This document shows positions 26,173-36,324 of a stretch of DNA of 55,401 bases, in pieces (the stretch's first letter is position 1; every line of letters starts with the position of its first letter). The translations under genes were made by a program, and so were the position numbers. Source of the stretch: Acidobacteriota bacterium (GTDB taxonomy: Bacteria; Acidobacteriota; Vicinamibacteria; Vicinamibacterales; UBA2999). The stretch spans positions 1-55,401 of the forward strand of contig JACQZV010000038.1 in assembly GCA_016213695.1 (NCBI GenBank). The letters run 5' to 3'. Below the pieces are notes generated by a model. The model was not told the origin of the DNA. It searched no databases and saw nothing but the letters and a program-made list of their open reading frames with translations.

Positions 26173-27345
26173 TCAGTCGATCTCGATGATGCCCCAGCTC
26201 TTGCGCTCTTCCGGCGTCGCCTCGAGGGGGGCGCCGGCGCCGGCAAAGGCGAGCGCGGGCGTGGACGCAGGTTCGTGCGGCGGGACGCGCGCCAGCGCGT
26301 GGCGCTGCACCTCGCGCGCCACGTCCTCCTCGGCCGGCGGGGTCGGGCGGCAGTGCAGCCGCACCCAGACGCGCAGCAGCGGATCGACAAAGCTGTACCG
26401 CTTCTGGCGCGACACGACCAGGTCGACGTCCTCGAGCCAGGAGAGATAGTCCTTGGTCGAGCCTGGCGTCCGGTGGAGCCGGAGCGAGATCTCGGTGAGC
26501 GTCAGCGGCTCGTCCTCCGCCAGAATGTCGAGGATGGCCTTGAGCGCGCCGTATCCGCGGGCGCGGTGGAGCCGCAGTTCGTAGCAGAAGCGGCACCAGC
26601 GCTCGAGCGCGGCGCCCGGGGCCAGCAGCGCCGTGAGGGCGCTGATCGGATCGGCGCCGCGTCCCATGTGCGCCATCATGTCCGCGATGGCGCGGACGTA
26701 GGCCACGCGGCCGTCGGTCAGCGCCGCCATCACGCGCATCAGGTAATCGCGGTCGTCGGTCGGCGTCTGTTCGTAGCCGTTGAAGGCGGGTGCGAGCAGG
26801 TCGGTGATGTCGGCCGCCGACAGGGGCGGCTGGTGCACGACCTCGAAGCGGGATGTCGCGTCACGCAGCAGCCGGTGCGCGCGCGCCAGATACCGCGTGG
26901 TCAGCACGAAGCGGTTGGGGCTGCCCGCCAGCGCCTCGAGCAGGTCGCGGAGGACGTGGCGCAGACCCGGAAAGCTCTCGAAGGTGCGCAGTTCCAGCAC
27001 CTCGTCGAGCAGGAACGTGCAGGGCGCGCCCCCGGGGGCGCGGGCGGTGTCGAAGAAGCTCAGCACGGCGCCGAACGCGTCGCGCGCGGTGGCGGGCGTG
27101 CGCTCGCCGGCCTGCCACGGGAAGGGCGAGGATGCCACGACCGACTGCAGGAAGCGTTCCGGGGTTGTCGCGCACCGTTCGACATCGATGTACTGCGCGG
27201 CCCCGCGGCCGATCCGGTCGCGGAGGCGGTGCAACAGCGACGTACGGCCGGTACCACACCCCCCGGGAATGACCGGAATACGCGACGGCGACGCTTCGAG
27301 CGCCGCCAGTACCCGCCGGTCGAATCCTGTATGCGGACCCGTCAT
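26173..27345 (-). CDS. P-loop ATPase-like protein with C-terminal winged HTH
   Basis: GAGGA RBS before MTGPH; GGCGTGRT, FLLDE; LTLTEIS...YLSWLEDVDLV...YSFVDPLLRVW. Confidence 0.8.
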   Translation of the reverse strand: MTGPHTGFDRRVLAALEASPSRIPVIPGGCGTGRTSLLHRLRDRIGRGAAQYIDVERCATTPERFLQSVVASSPFPWQAGERTPATARDAFGAVLSFFDTARAPGGAPCTFLLDEVLELRTFESFPGLRHVLRDLLEALAGSPNRFVLTTRYLARAHRLLRDATSRFEVVHQPPLSAADITDLLAPAFNGYEQTPTDDRDYLMRVMAALTDGRVAYVRAIADMMAHMGRGADPISALTALLAPGAALERWCRFCYELRLHRARGYGALKAILDILAEDEPLTLTEISLRLHRTPGSTKDYLSWLEDVDLVVSRQKRYSFVDPLLRVWVRLHCRPTPPAEEDVAREVQRHALARVPPHEPASTPALAFAGAGAPLEATPEERKSWGIIEID

Positions 27346-27412
27346 TCCTCGTACCCCGCTTCCCGGACCGGTTATGCCCGATCCGATTCCGGGCTCCAGG
27401 CTTCCGGCGCCA

Positions 27413-27434
27413 GGCTCCGGGAATTCCCGGAGCC
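27413..27434. repeat. Perfect 22-bp palindrome GGCTCCGGGAATTCCCGGAGCC within degenerate heptamer repeats
   Basis: Read directly; lies in the long leader of the 26173-27345 gene. Confidence 0.85.
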
Positions 27435-27556
27435 CAAGGCCCGAAGTCTGAAGCCGTGGCGTGTCGTGCGACTCCACCGCCACAACGCTGCATCGTCGCG
27501 AATCATGTCGGGCGCGTGACGTGTATGTTGTCGGGATCGGAAAACGAAAGATCAGT

Positions 27557-27585
27557 AAGGTAAGAATCGCGCGGCCGCTTGTCAA
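27557..27585 (-). promoter_or_regulatory. Sigma70-type promoter TTGACA-N17-TACCTT
   Basis: Consensus -35, 17-nt spacer, TAnnnT -10, AT-rich UP-like tract at 27586-27608. Confidence 0.65.
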
Positions 27586-27693
27586 ATAAATTTCGCAAAA
27601 AAGTTTCAGTTGACATTCCCCGCGCACGCGCGGCCGCGGTCGCTCGAGACAATCATGTCGGAAATCGTACGAAGATCGGGCGAGAGCAGCTAG

Positions 27694-29004
<1,311 letters not shown>

Positions 29005-29010
29005 CCGGCG

Positions 29011-29691
29011 CTATGTCCTGTGTTGGTCGATGAAGCGCGCCAGCGCGGCCGGATCCACTTCGAAGAACTCGATGCCCGCGCGGTAGCGCGTGGTGCCCTT
29101 TGGAATCTCGAACGACGCCCACGCCACCGCCGCCCGGAAGCGCACGGGCGGCGATCCGCTGGGCACCAGCATGCGGACCCGCTGGTTCGGCCTCAGCACT
29201 GTGGACGAGATCACCTGCGCGCCGACAACCGACATGTCCACCAGCGTCGCGGGGTTGCCGTCGATTTCCACTTCGACGCCGTCCGCGATCTTGAACCGCG
29301 GCGCGCGCCGCGTGCCGCGCTGATCCAGGGGGGCGGCGGGCACGGGGGTCGCTTCCTCGACGGCGAGGGCCGCCGCGGCGCCGGCCGCCCCGACCGCGGC
29401 CGCGTCGCCGCGCCCGCGCGGTGCCACGTGCGGCCCGGCGTCGTCGGTGACGATGCGAATCTCGCAGCCGCTCAGGGAGGGGTCGGCCTTGATGCGGTTG
29501 ATGAGCGCCGTCCCGCGGGAAGTGGTGGCGAACAGCCGGTCGAGCGCGACGACCGCGGGCCGCTGCCGGGTAATCACATCGAGGGCGTGCAGCGCTTCGG
29601 CGTCGGAAAACACCTGCGCGGCGCTGAGATCCTCGCGCTCTTTCAGTGAGGCGAGCTGTTCAGCAGCCGCGATGAGCACCGTGGCGGACAC
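29011..29691 (-). CDS. PilZ domain protein with N-terminal receiver-like domain
   Basis: RRAPR and DMSVVG PilZ motifs; N-domain ALDVITRQRPAVVALD...INRIKADP. Confidence 0.8.
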   Translation of the reverse strand: MSATVLIAAAEQLASLKEREDLSAAQVFSDAEALHALDVITRQRPAVVALDRLFATTSRGTALINRIKADPSLSGCEIRIVTDDAGPHVAPRGRGDAAAVGAAGAAAALAVEEATPVPAAPLDQRGTRRAPRFKIADGVEVEIDGNPATLVDMSVVGAQVISSTVLRPNQRVRMLVPSGSPPVRFRAAVAWASFEIPKGTTRYRAGIEFFEVDPAALARFIDQHRT

Positions 29692-29697
29692 AGCCTG

Positions 29698-29706
29698 TTA
29701 GTCTAA
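29698..29706. promoter_or_regulatory. Symmetric -10 element (TTAGTCTAA) serving two divergent genes
   Basis: TAGTCT 6 nt before GTG 29711; TAGACT on - strand 8 nt before GTG 29691; starts only 19 nt apart. Confidence 0.6.
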
Positions 29707-29710
29707 CCCA

Positions 29711-30463
29711 GTGGCCGAGTCTCCGGCAGTTCGCTGCGCGCACCTGAGGAAGCGGTACGGCGACCTCGTGGCCGTGAACGGGCTGTCGCTGACGGTGCCG
29801 CGTGGCGAATGTTTCGGCCTGCTCGGTCCGAACGGCGCCGGCAAGACGACCACCATCGAGATTCTGGAGGGACTGCTCGAGCCCGACGAGGGCGAGGTCG
29901 AAGTGCTCGGCCTGACGTGGCGCGCGCATGCCCGCGATCTGCGGCAGCGGCTCGGGATTCAGCTCCAGGAGACGCGCCTGGCCGAGAAGCTCACGGTGGA
30001 AGAGACGCTCCGCCTCTTTCGTTCGTTCTACCACCGCGGCCGCTCGGTGACGGAACTCATCGGCCTGGTCGAGCTCGAGGGGAAGCGCTCGAGCCGGGTG
30101 GGGACGCTCTCGGGCGGCCAGCGGCAGCGCCTCGCGATCGCGTGCGCGCTGGCCGGCGCGCCCGATCTCCTGTTTCTGGACGAGCCGACCACCGGTCTCG
30201 ATCCGCAGTCGCGCCGCCAGCTCTGGGCCGTGCTGGGCCGGTTCCGCGCCGGCGGCGGCACGATTGTCCTGACCACCCACGACATGGTCGAGGCGGAAAC
30301 GCTCTGCGACCGCGTGGCGGTGGTGGATCAGGGCCGCATCATCGCGGTGGGCACGCCGGGCGAGCTCGTCGAATCGCTCGGCGCCCCGAAGGTGGTGACG
30401 CACCGCGGCACTCTCGAGGACGTGTTCATGGCGCTCACCGGCAGGCATCTCCGTGACGACTGA
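29711..30463 (+). CDS. ABC-2 exporter ATP-binding protein
   Basis: GPNGAGKT, LSGGQ, FLDEPTTGLD, TTH. Confidence 0.95.
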   Translation: MAESPAVRCAHLRKRYGDLVAVNGLSLTVPRGECFGLLGPNGAGKTTTIEILEGLLEPDEGEVEVLGLTWRAHARDLRQRLGIQLQETRLAEKLTVEETLRLFRSFYHRGRSVTELIGLVELEGKRSSRVGTLSGGQRQRLAIACALAGAPDLLFLDEPTTGLDPQSRRQLWAVLGRFRAGGGTIVLTTHDMVEAETLCDRVAVVDQGRIIAVGTPGELVESLGAPKVVTHRGTLEDVFMALTGRHLRDD

Positions 30464-31499
30464 CCGCGGCGGCGCGCGCCATCCGCTTGCCGAGCTGACG
30501 CTGGCGCGCGTGCGCGAGTTCGTCCGCGAGCCCGAGGCGCTCTTCTGGGGGCTGGTCTTTCCGATCGTCATGGCGATCGCGCTGGCGGCGGCGTTTCCGG
30601 CGCGGGCGAGCCGGCCCGTCCGCGTGGGCGTCGCCCTCGGTCCGCGGGCTGACGCCGTGCGGCGCACGCTCGCCGCGGTGCCCGGCATCGAGGTGCGCCC
30701 GCTCGGACGGGGCGAAGCGGGCGCCATCCGCGACGGCGACGTGCACCTGGTCGTCGTCCCGACCGATCCGCCGACGTACCGCTTCGACGCCGCACGCGAC
30801 GAGAGCCGCGTTGCGCGCCTGGTCGTGGACGAGGCGCTCAAGCGCGCGGCGGGACGGCCCGAGCCGTGGACCGCGCGCGAAGAGCCGATCGACGTGCCCG
30901 GGTCGCGCTACATCGACTGGCTCATTCCCGGCCTGCTCGGGATGAACCTGATGAGCACCAGCATGTGGGGCGTCGGCTTCTCGATCGTGCAGGCGCGGCT
31001 GCGCAAGCTGCTGAAGCGGCTCATCGCGAGCCCGATGCGGAAGCGCGAGTACCTGCTGGCGCAGATGATCGCGCGGCTCGTCTTTCTGGTGCCGGAGGCA
31101 CTGCTGCTGCTCGTGTTCGGCGCGCTCGTCCTCGGCATGCCGGTGAACGGATCGTACGGCGCGATCGCCGCCGTCTGCCTGCTCGGCACGCTGTCGTTTG
31201 CCGGCCTCGGGCTGCTGGCGGCCAGCCGCGCGGCGAGCATCGAGGGGATCTCGGGCATCCTCAATCTCTCGATGCTGCCGATGTGGGTGCTGAGCGGCAC
31301 GTTCTTTTCCACGTCGAACTTTCCCGACGCGCTGCAGCCCCTCATCCAGGCGCTGCCGCTGACCGCGCTCAACGACGCGCTGCGCGCCGTCATCCTCGAG
31401 GGCGCCACGCTGCGGGCGACCGGCCCCGAACTCGGGCTGCTCGCGCTCTGGGGGGTCGTGCCGTTCGTCGTTGCGCTGCGGCTGTTCAGATGGCAGTGA
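30453..31499 (+). CDS. ABC-2 exporter permease
   Basis: Six TMs, RYIDWLIPG, LSGTFF, LPLT...DALR; overlaps the ATPase gene. Confidence 0.92.
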   Translation: MTTDRGGARHPLAELTLARVREFVREPEALFWGLVFPIVMAIALAAAFPARASRPVRVGVALGPRADAVRRTLAAVPGIEVRPLGRGEAGAIRDGDVHLVVVPTDPPTYRFDAARDESRVARLVVDEALKRAAGRPEPWTAREEPIDVPGSRYIDWLIPGLLGMNLMSTSMWGVGFSIVQARLRKLLKRLIASPMRKREYLLAQMIARLVFLVPEALLLLVFGALVLGMPVNGSYGAIAAVCLLGTLSFAGLGLLAASRAASIEGISGILNLSMLPMWVLSGTFFSTSNFPDALQPLIQALPLTALNDALRAVILEGATLRATGPELGLLALWGVVPFVVALRLFRWQ

Positions 31500-31517
31500 G
31501 GCCCTGGTCGCCAGGTC

Positions 31518-32453
31518 TCAGTCGCGGCGGACCTCGCGCGGCTTCTTGTCGGCGCGCAGCCCCTGAAACGACGGATGACGGATCTTCCCGTCGCCGGTCC
31601 ATTCGGTAAACGCGACTTCGCCGACCAGTGACGGCTTCACCCAGTGCGCGCGACGCCCAAGCGCTCCCTCGGGCGGCGGATCGAAGGGGCACTCCTTGCG
31701 CGCGATCGCGTCGAGCCGGCGCCGCAGGTCGATGGCGCCCTGGTGGGTGAATCCGGTGCCCACCCTGCCTGAAAAGACCAGGCGGCCCCCGTCGTAGTAC
31801 CCGACGAGCAGCGCGCCGAGGCCGTCGCGCGCGCCTGCCGGATCGGTAAAGCCGCCGATGACGAACTCCTGGCGCCGCGTGCACTTGGTCTTGAGCCATC
31901 CGCCGTGCCGTCCGGCCGCATACGGGAGATCGCGCCGCTTGGAGACGACCCCTTCGAGCCCGAGCCGGCGGACCTGATCGAAGAAGCGCCGTCCCCGTCC
32001 TTCGACATGGTCCGCGTAGCGGATCGGTCGGCGCGTCCGCCGCCCGATGAGCGTGCGCAGCCGGGCCTTGCGCGCCTCGAGCGGCAGGCGCTCGAGGCTC
32101 CTGCCGTCGAGGCGCAGCAGGTCGAAGACGAAGTACACCAGGCCGGCGCGCGGGGCGGTGGCGGAGAGCGCATGCTGCAGTGCCTGAAAGCTGGAGCGGC
32201 CGTCGGGCAGCAGCATCACGACTTCGCCGTCGAGCAGGGCGTCGCGCACGCCGAGGTCGCCGGCCGCCGCCGCGATCTCAGGAAACGCGGCGGTCCAGTT
32301 GTTCCCGTTGCGGGTGAGCAGCGTCGCGCGGCCTCCGCGAATCAGGCAGCCGATGCGGTACCCGTCGTATTTGATTTCGTGGAGCCACTGGTCGCCCTCG
32401 GGTGGCGCGGTGACGAGAGTGGCGAGCTGCGGCCGATAGGGCGGCGACGGCAC
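31518..32453 (-). CDS. ligD: ATP-dependent DNA ligase, LigD ligase domain (stand-alone)
   Basis: HEIKYDGYR, LDGE, YFVFDLL, EGVVSKR, WLKTK, GRVGTGF, RHPSFQGLRADK; GTG start inferred. Confidence 0.9.
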   Translation of the reverse strand: MPSPPYRPQLATLVTAPPEGDQWLHEIKYDGYRIGCLIRGGRATLLTRNGNNWTAAFPEIAAAAGDLGVRDALLDGEVVMLLPDGRSSFQALQHALSATAPRAGLVYFVFDLLRLDGRSLERLPLEARKARLRTLIGRRTRRPIRYADHVEGRGRRFFDQVRRLGLEGVVSKRRDLPYAAGRHGGWLKTKCTRRQEFVIGGFTDPAGARDGLGALLVGYYDGGRLVFSGRVGTGFTHQGAIDLRRRLDAIARKECPFDPPPEGALGRRAHWVKPSLVGEVAFTEWTGDGKIRHPSFQGLRADKKPREVRRD

Positions 32454-32575
32454 GCCGTAGATTATGCCGCCCGCTGCGGGCGCACGACCCGCGGGCTTGT
32501 CCGAAAAGCCGCGAAATGACCGTGGTACACTCCGGGGCTGATCGGTAGTGGGCAGTCGGCAGTGGGCAGTAGTAC

Positions 32576-32647
32576 GACCGGGTAGCTCAGTGGTAGAGCA
32601 GCGCACTTTTAATGCGCGGGCCGCGGGTTCGATCCCCGCCCTGGTCA
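32576..32647 (+). tRNA. tRNA-Lys (TTT), CCA not encoded
   Basis: GACCGGG/CCTGGTC acceptor, GCGCA-CTTTTAA-TGCGC anticodon arm, GGTTCGATCC T-arm. Confidence 0.93.
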
Positions 32648-32685
32648 CTTTCGTTCCACGACAGTTCAACCAGAGGAGTCGCGGT

Positions 32686-33585
32686 ATGCGAGTGTTGATG
32701 TTGGCAGGCGTGTTGGTGATGGGGGCCGCGGCGGCGTCGGCACAGCAGCAGGCGCAGCCCGCGCAGTACTCGGACGCGTGGTATCAGCAGTTCCGCGTCG
32801 CGTACAGCGCGCCGGTGGAGCCGTTCAAGATTGTCGGCAACATCTACTATGTCGGCGCCGCCAACATCGCCTCGTATCTGATGACGACGCCGGAGGGCCA
32901 CATCCTGCTCGACACCGGCACGACGACGATGACCGACGTGATCCGGAACAGCGTGACGAAGCTCGGCTTCAAGATGTCCGACATCAAGATCATGATTTCG
33001 AGCCACGCGCACTTCGATCACATCGAAGGCCACGCGGCGATGAAGAAGCTGACCGGCGCCCGCGTGATGGCGATGGCCGGCGACGCCGAGGCGCTCGAGA
33101 GCGGCAAGGACAACTCGGCGCTCGGCGCCATCGGCTGGGCGCCCGTGAAGGTCGATCGCGTGCTGAAGAGCGGCGACACCGTGTCGCTCGGCGGCACGAC
33201 GCTCCGCGCCCTGCACACGCCGGGCCACACGCAGGGGGCAACAACCTGGTTCACGACGGTGCAGGACAAAGGGCGTTCGTACACCATCGCGTTCCTCGGC
33301 GGGACGACGCCGAACGGCGGCGTGCCGCTCTTCAACAACCCGCGGCACAAGAACGTTGTCGAGGACACCCGGGGCACCTTCCGGAAGCTGCAGGCCGAGA
33401 AGGTGCCTGACATCTATCTGATCGGGCACCCGCAGGCGCTTTTTGCCGGCAAGGTGGACCGCATCAAGGCGGGGGAGACGCCCCATCCGCTGCTGAACGG
33501 CGAGGCGTGGACCAAACAGATGGTCGACGGCGCGGCGGGCTTCGAAAAGCGCGTGGCCGAGGAGCGCGCGAAGGGGACGAAGTAG
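32686..33585 (+). CDS. Subclass B3 metallo-beta-lactamase-like protein
   Basis: GAGGAG RBS, signal peptide, PFKIVGNIYYVG, SHAHFDH, PGHTQG, late GH. Confidence 0.88.
   Translation: MRVLMLAGVLVMGAAAASAQQQAQPAQYSDAWYQQFRVAYSAPVEPFKIVGNIYYVGAANIASYLMTTPEGHILLDTGTTTMTDVIRNSVTKLGFKMSDIKIMISSHAHFDHIEGHAAMKKLTGARVMAMAGDAEALESGKDNSALGAIGWAPVKVDRVLKSGDTVSLGGTTLRALHTPGHTQGATTWFTTVQDKGRSYTIAFLGGTTPNGGVPLFNNPRHKNVVEDTRGTFRKLQAEKVPDIYLIGHPQALFAGKVDRIKAGETPHPLLNGEAWTKQMVDGAAGFEKRVAEERAKGTK
33460..33488. repeat. 29-bp direct repeat, left copy
   Basis: CGCATCAAGGCGGGGGAGACGCCCCATCC, identical to 36191-36219. Confidence 0.95.
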
Positions 33586-33953
33586 CCCAATCAAGGCACA
33601 AGGGACAAGGCGGTGAACTGGAGTTCCAGGACTTAGTGGACAGTCGATTTAGCATCCGCAGCGGAGGGCGATGCCGATGTCCACGAAGCCAGGCAGGGGG
33701 CTTTCCCGCGTCGAGCGGATATTTCCCAAGTCGCTGAACGTATTGAACACCCGTCAGGGCGCATGCCGAAGGCCTGGATCCCGGGGCCATGCACGTTCTG
33801 GAGGCGTCTTCCCGCTGGCCGCCAGATTGCACCGGTCAGGCGTTACCCGAATGCGAAGCGCACTGCTCCTGATCATCGTGGCGCTGATGGTGGCAGGCAG
33901 TGCGGGCGTCCTGGGAAGAAGCTCAGACACTCGCCCCAGGAGGGAACCGCATC

Positions 33954-35462
33954 ATGACCTTCTATCGCCGCTGGATCGTGGCGTGCGCGGCCGGTGAACT
34001 CGTGGGCATCGGCGCCGCGACCGGTGCGGCCCTCGGGATTCATGCGCTGATTGGCGAACCGCAGTCGATCGCCAGTCGTCTCCTGACGCTCGCGATATTC
34101 GCGGCGGTCGGTGCGGTGGAAGGGACCGCGTTGGCCGGATTCCAGTGGCGCGTGCTCCGCGCACGGCTTCCCCGCTTGCGTGTGGGGGAATGGGTGGGCG
34201 TCACCGTCGCCCTCGCGGTGGGGGGCTGGATCGTGGGCATGATGCCGTCGCTCTTCATCAATCACGAGGCGGCGGCACAGGAAGAACCCGGCCTCGCGTT
34301 CGTGTTGCTCATGGCGTCGATAGCCGGTGCTGGCGCGGGTCTCTGCTTCGGCGCGGCGCAATGGTTCATCCTCCGCCGACACGCGGAGCGAGCGAGCCGG
34401 TGGATCTGGATCCACGTGCCCGCGTGGGCGCTGGCCATGACGGCGATCTTCCTTGGCGCGTCGTTGCCTTCCGGGGGATCCTCCGGCTGGTTCATCGGAC
34501 TCAGCGGTGTAACCGGTGGAATGCTCGGCGGGCTGCTCCTGGGCGCGGTCACTGGGCTCGTGGCAAGCAATCTTCGGCCGTGGGTGGACGAGCAGCACTG
34601 GTCCCTCCAGGGCAAGGTCTGCGCGGTTACCGGCGCGAACTCGGGCATCGGACAGGAGGTGTCCCTCGGTCTGGCGCGCCTCGGCGGATCGGTCTTCCTG
34701 CTGTGTCGCCGACCCGCGGAAGGCGAGCGAGTGCGGCAGTTCATTCTCGCGAGACAGCCGGGCGCTGACGTGTCGGTGGTGACCTGTGATGTCGGCGACT
34801 TCGGATCCATCCGCCGTGCCGCCGCACAGCTGCTCACCGAGCGGCCGCGTCTCGACGTGCTCGTGCACAACGCCGGGGCGACCTTTCCCGAGCGGACGAT
34901 GACCGCGAACGGTATCGAAGCGACGTTGGCGGTGGACGTCGTGGGCCCATTCCTCCTGACCGCGCTACTTCGCCAGCGACTCGAGCAGTGCGGCGGACGC
35001 GTCATCACGCTGACGGGCATCTACCAACGTAAGGGACAGGTCGATACGAGCGATCTCCACTTTGCTCATCGACCGTACGACTCGCTCGCCGCCAACAATC
35101 AGGCGCAACGGGGCCGATGGCTGTTCATGTCGGAACTGGCGCGGCGGGCGCCGCAGTTGATGACCGCCTCCGTGCACCCGGGTGCCGTGCTCACCGGCGC
35201 GCAGGCGCGCTTGCCACGTCTAGTACGCGCCCTGATCCGTACGCTGGCGCGACCGGCCTTCGTCCGCCCGGAGGTGGGCGCGATTCCCGCGCTGCGGCTC
35301 GCCGCGCACCCGGACGGTCCGCACCAGACAGGACGCTATTTCGATCGGTGTCACCTGGCGCCCGATGTGGCCAACGCGGCGCTCGCGCGCGCGTTCTGGA
35401 CAGCGTGTGAGGACATGACGGGCGCCGCTCGGTCGGTCGGCGAGATGGCCCGAGCCGGATAG
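33954..35462 (+). CDS. Multi-TM membrane domain fused to SDR-fold domain
   Basis: AGGAGGG RBS; about 6 Gly-rich TMs, then TGANSGIG, CDVGD, HNAG, VHPG. Confidence 0.85.
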   Translation: MTFYRRWIVACAAGELVGIGAATGAALGIHALIGEPQSIASRLLTLAIFAAVGAVEGTALAGFQWRVLRARLPRLRVGEWVGVTVALAVGGWIVGMMPSLFINHEAAAQEEPGLAFVLLMASIAGAGAGLCFGAAQWFILRRHAERASRWIWIHVPAWALAMTAIFLGASLPSGGSSGWFIGLSGVTGGMLGGLLLGAVTGLVASNLRPWVDEQHWSLQGKVCAVTGANSGIGQEVSLGLARLGGSVFLLCRRPAEGERVRQFILARQPGADVSVVTCDVGDFGSIRRAAAQLLTERPRLDVLVHNAGATFPERTMTANGIEATLAVDVVGPFLLTALLRQRLEQCGGRVITLTGIYQRKGQVDTSDLHFAHRPYDSLAANNQAQRGRWLFMSELARRAPQLMTASVHPGAVLTGAQARLPRLVRALIRTLARPAFVRPEVGAIPALRLAAHPDGPHQTGRYFDRCHLAPDVANAALARAFWTACEDMTGAARSVGEMARAG

Positions 35463-35470
35463 GCACGACG

Positions 35471-36004
35471 ATGGCCGCCCAGCGGCGCCGCTGGCTCTTT
35501 CCTCTCGATGGGAGTATCGCGATGCCAGTCGGCGGTGTGATCTCGGTAGTGGCACTCATCCCAAACATCGTGTGGGCGCTCCTTCCATCGTCCGATTTGC
35601 CGGAACCACGCACGGAAGGGGCAGCCGAACCATCCCGAGCACTCGCCTTGATCGAGCAGGTTGCGCGCCTTGGGGTTTTCAGCGTGCCGTTCTTCTACAC
35701 GTTCGCGCCGCTCCACCCGATCGAGGGGACCGCGCTCATCGTGTTAGTTGCCGCCCTGGGCGTCTATTACCTGTGCTGGTTCCGGTACTTCGCACGAGGG
35801 CGCGGCTCTCGGTTGCTCTATCAGCCGCTCTGGGGAGTGCCGGTCCCCATGGCCGTGAGTCCCGTGATCTATTTCGCCGCGGCGAGCGTGGTGCTTCACG
35901 CCATCTGGCTCGCTGCGGCCACCGTGCTGCTGTCACTGTCGCACATTCCATTGAGCTACCGAGAAGCGCGACGGCACTGTCAAGTTGACGAGGCCAAGGC
36001 CTGA
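35471..36004 (+). CDS. Hypothetical membrane protein
   Basis: 4-5 hydrophobic segments, YYLCWFRYF; start could be 35522. Confidence 0.7.
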   Translation: MAAQRRRWLFPLDGSIAMPVGGVISVVALIPNIVWALLPSSDLPEPRTEGAAEPSRALALIEQVARLGVFSVPFFYTFAPLHPIEGTALIVLVAALGVYYLCWFRYFARGRGSRLLYQPLWGVPVPMAVSPVIYFAAASVVLHAIWLAAATVLLSLSHIPLSYREARRHCQVDEAKA

Positions 36005-36190
36005 CTATCCCTTTGAGTGTCCACGGATCAGTCTTCTCGATCGGCTTTCGGAGGCGGGCCGTGAAATGAGCCGCCGAGCCGCCGGCATCGCTTGCGTCAA
36101 CCGAACGTAGCGCCGATCGCTTCACGCGTTCTTCAAGGATGTGGAAAGCGGCGATCTCTGTCACCGAGAGCCCCGCGTGTCCTCGGATGT

Positions 36191-36219
36191 CGCATCAAGG
36201 CGGGGGAGACGCCCCATCC
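36191..36219. repeat. 29-bp direct repeat, right copy
   Basis: Identical to 33460-33488; followed by TCAAGGCACAA, also found at 33591. Confidence 0.95.
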
Positions 36220-36315
36220 TCAAGGCACAAAGCACAAGTCACAAGTCACAAGTCACAAGGCTCAAGTCGCACGGTGGTTCACCGTCTTGAGCCTTGAGCC
36301 TTGTGCCCTGTGACC
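36220..36315. repeat. Heptamer-repeat hairpin element (CACAAG(T/G) arms around ACGGTG-GTT-CACCGT)
   Basis: Left arm caaggca/caagtca repeats, right arm cttgagc/cttgtgc inverted copies; between convergent genes. Confidence 0.8.
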
Positions 36316-36324
36316 CGCGCGCGT

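Noticed and set aside
27372-27506. 44-codon leader ORF (MIRDDAALWRW...) upstream of the ATPase-wHTH gene
   Set aside because: No SD, runs through repeat DNA, no attenuator-like codon run; cannot be supported
32648-32650. tRNA-Lys lacking CCA as a pseudo-tRNA
   Set aside because: The cloverleaf is intact; CCA is commonly added post-transcriptionally
33851-33997. Small ORF MRSALLLIIVALMVAGSAGVLG...
   Set aside because: Signal-like but overlaps the next gene and has no clear RBS; possibly a gene fragment, not supportable as a CDS
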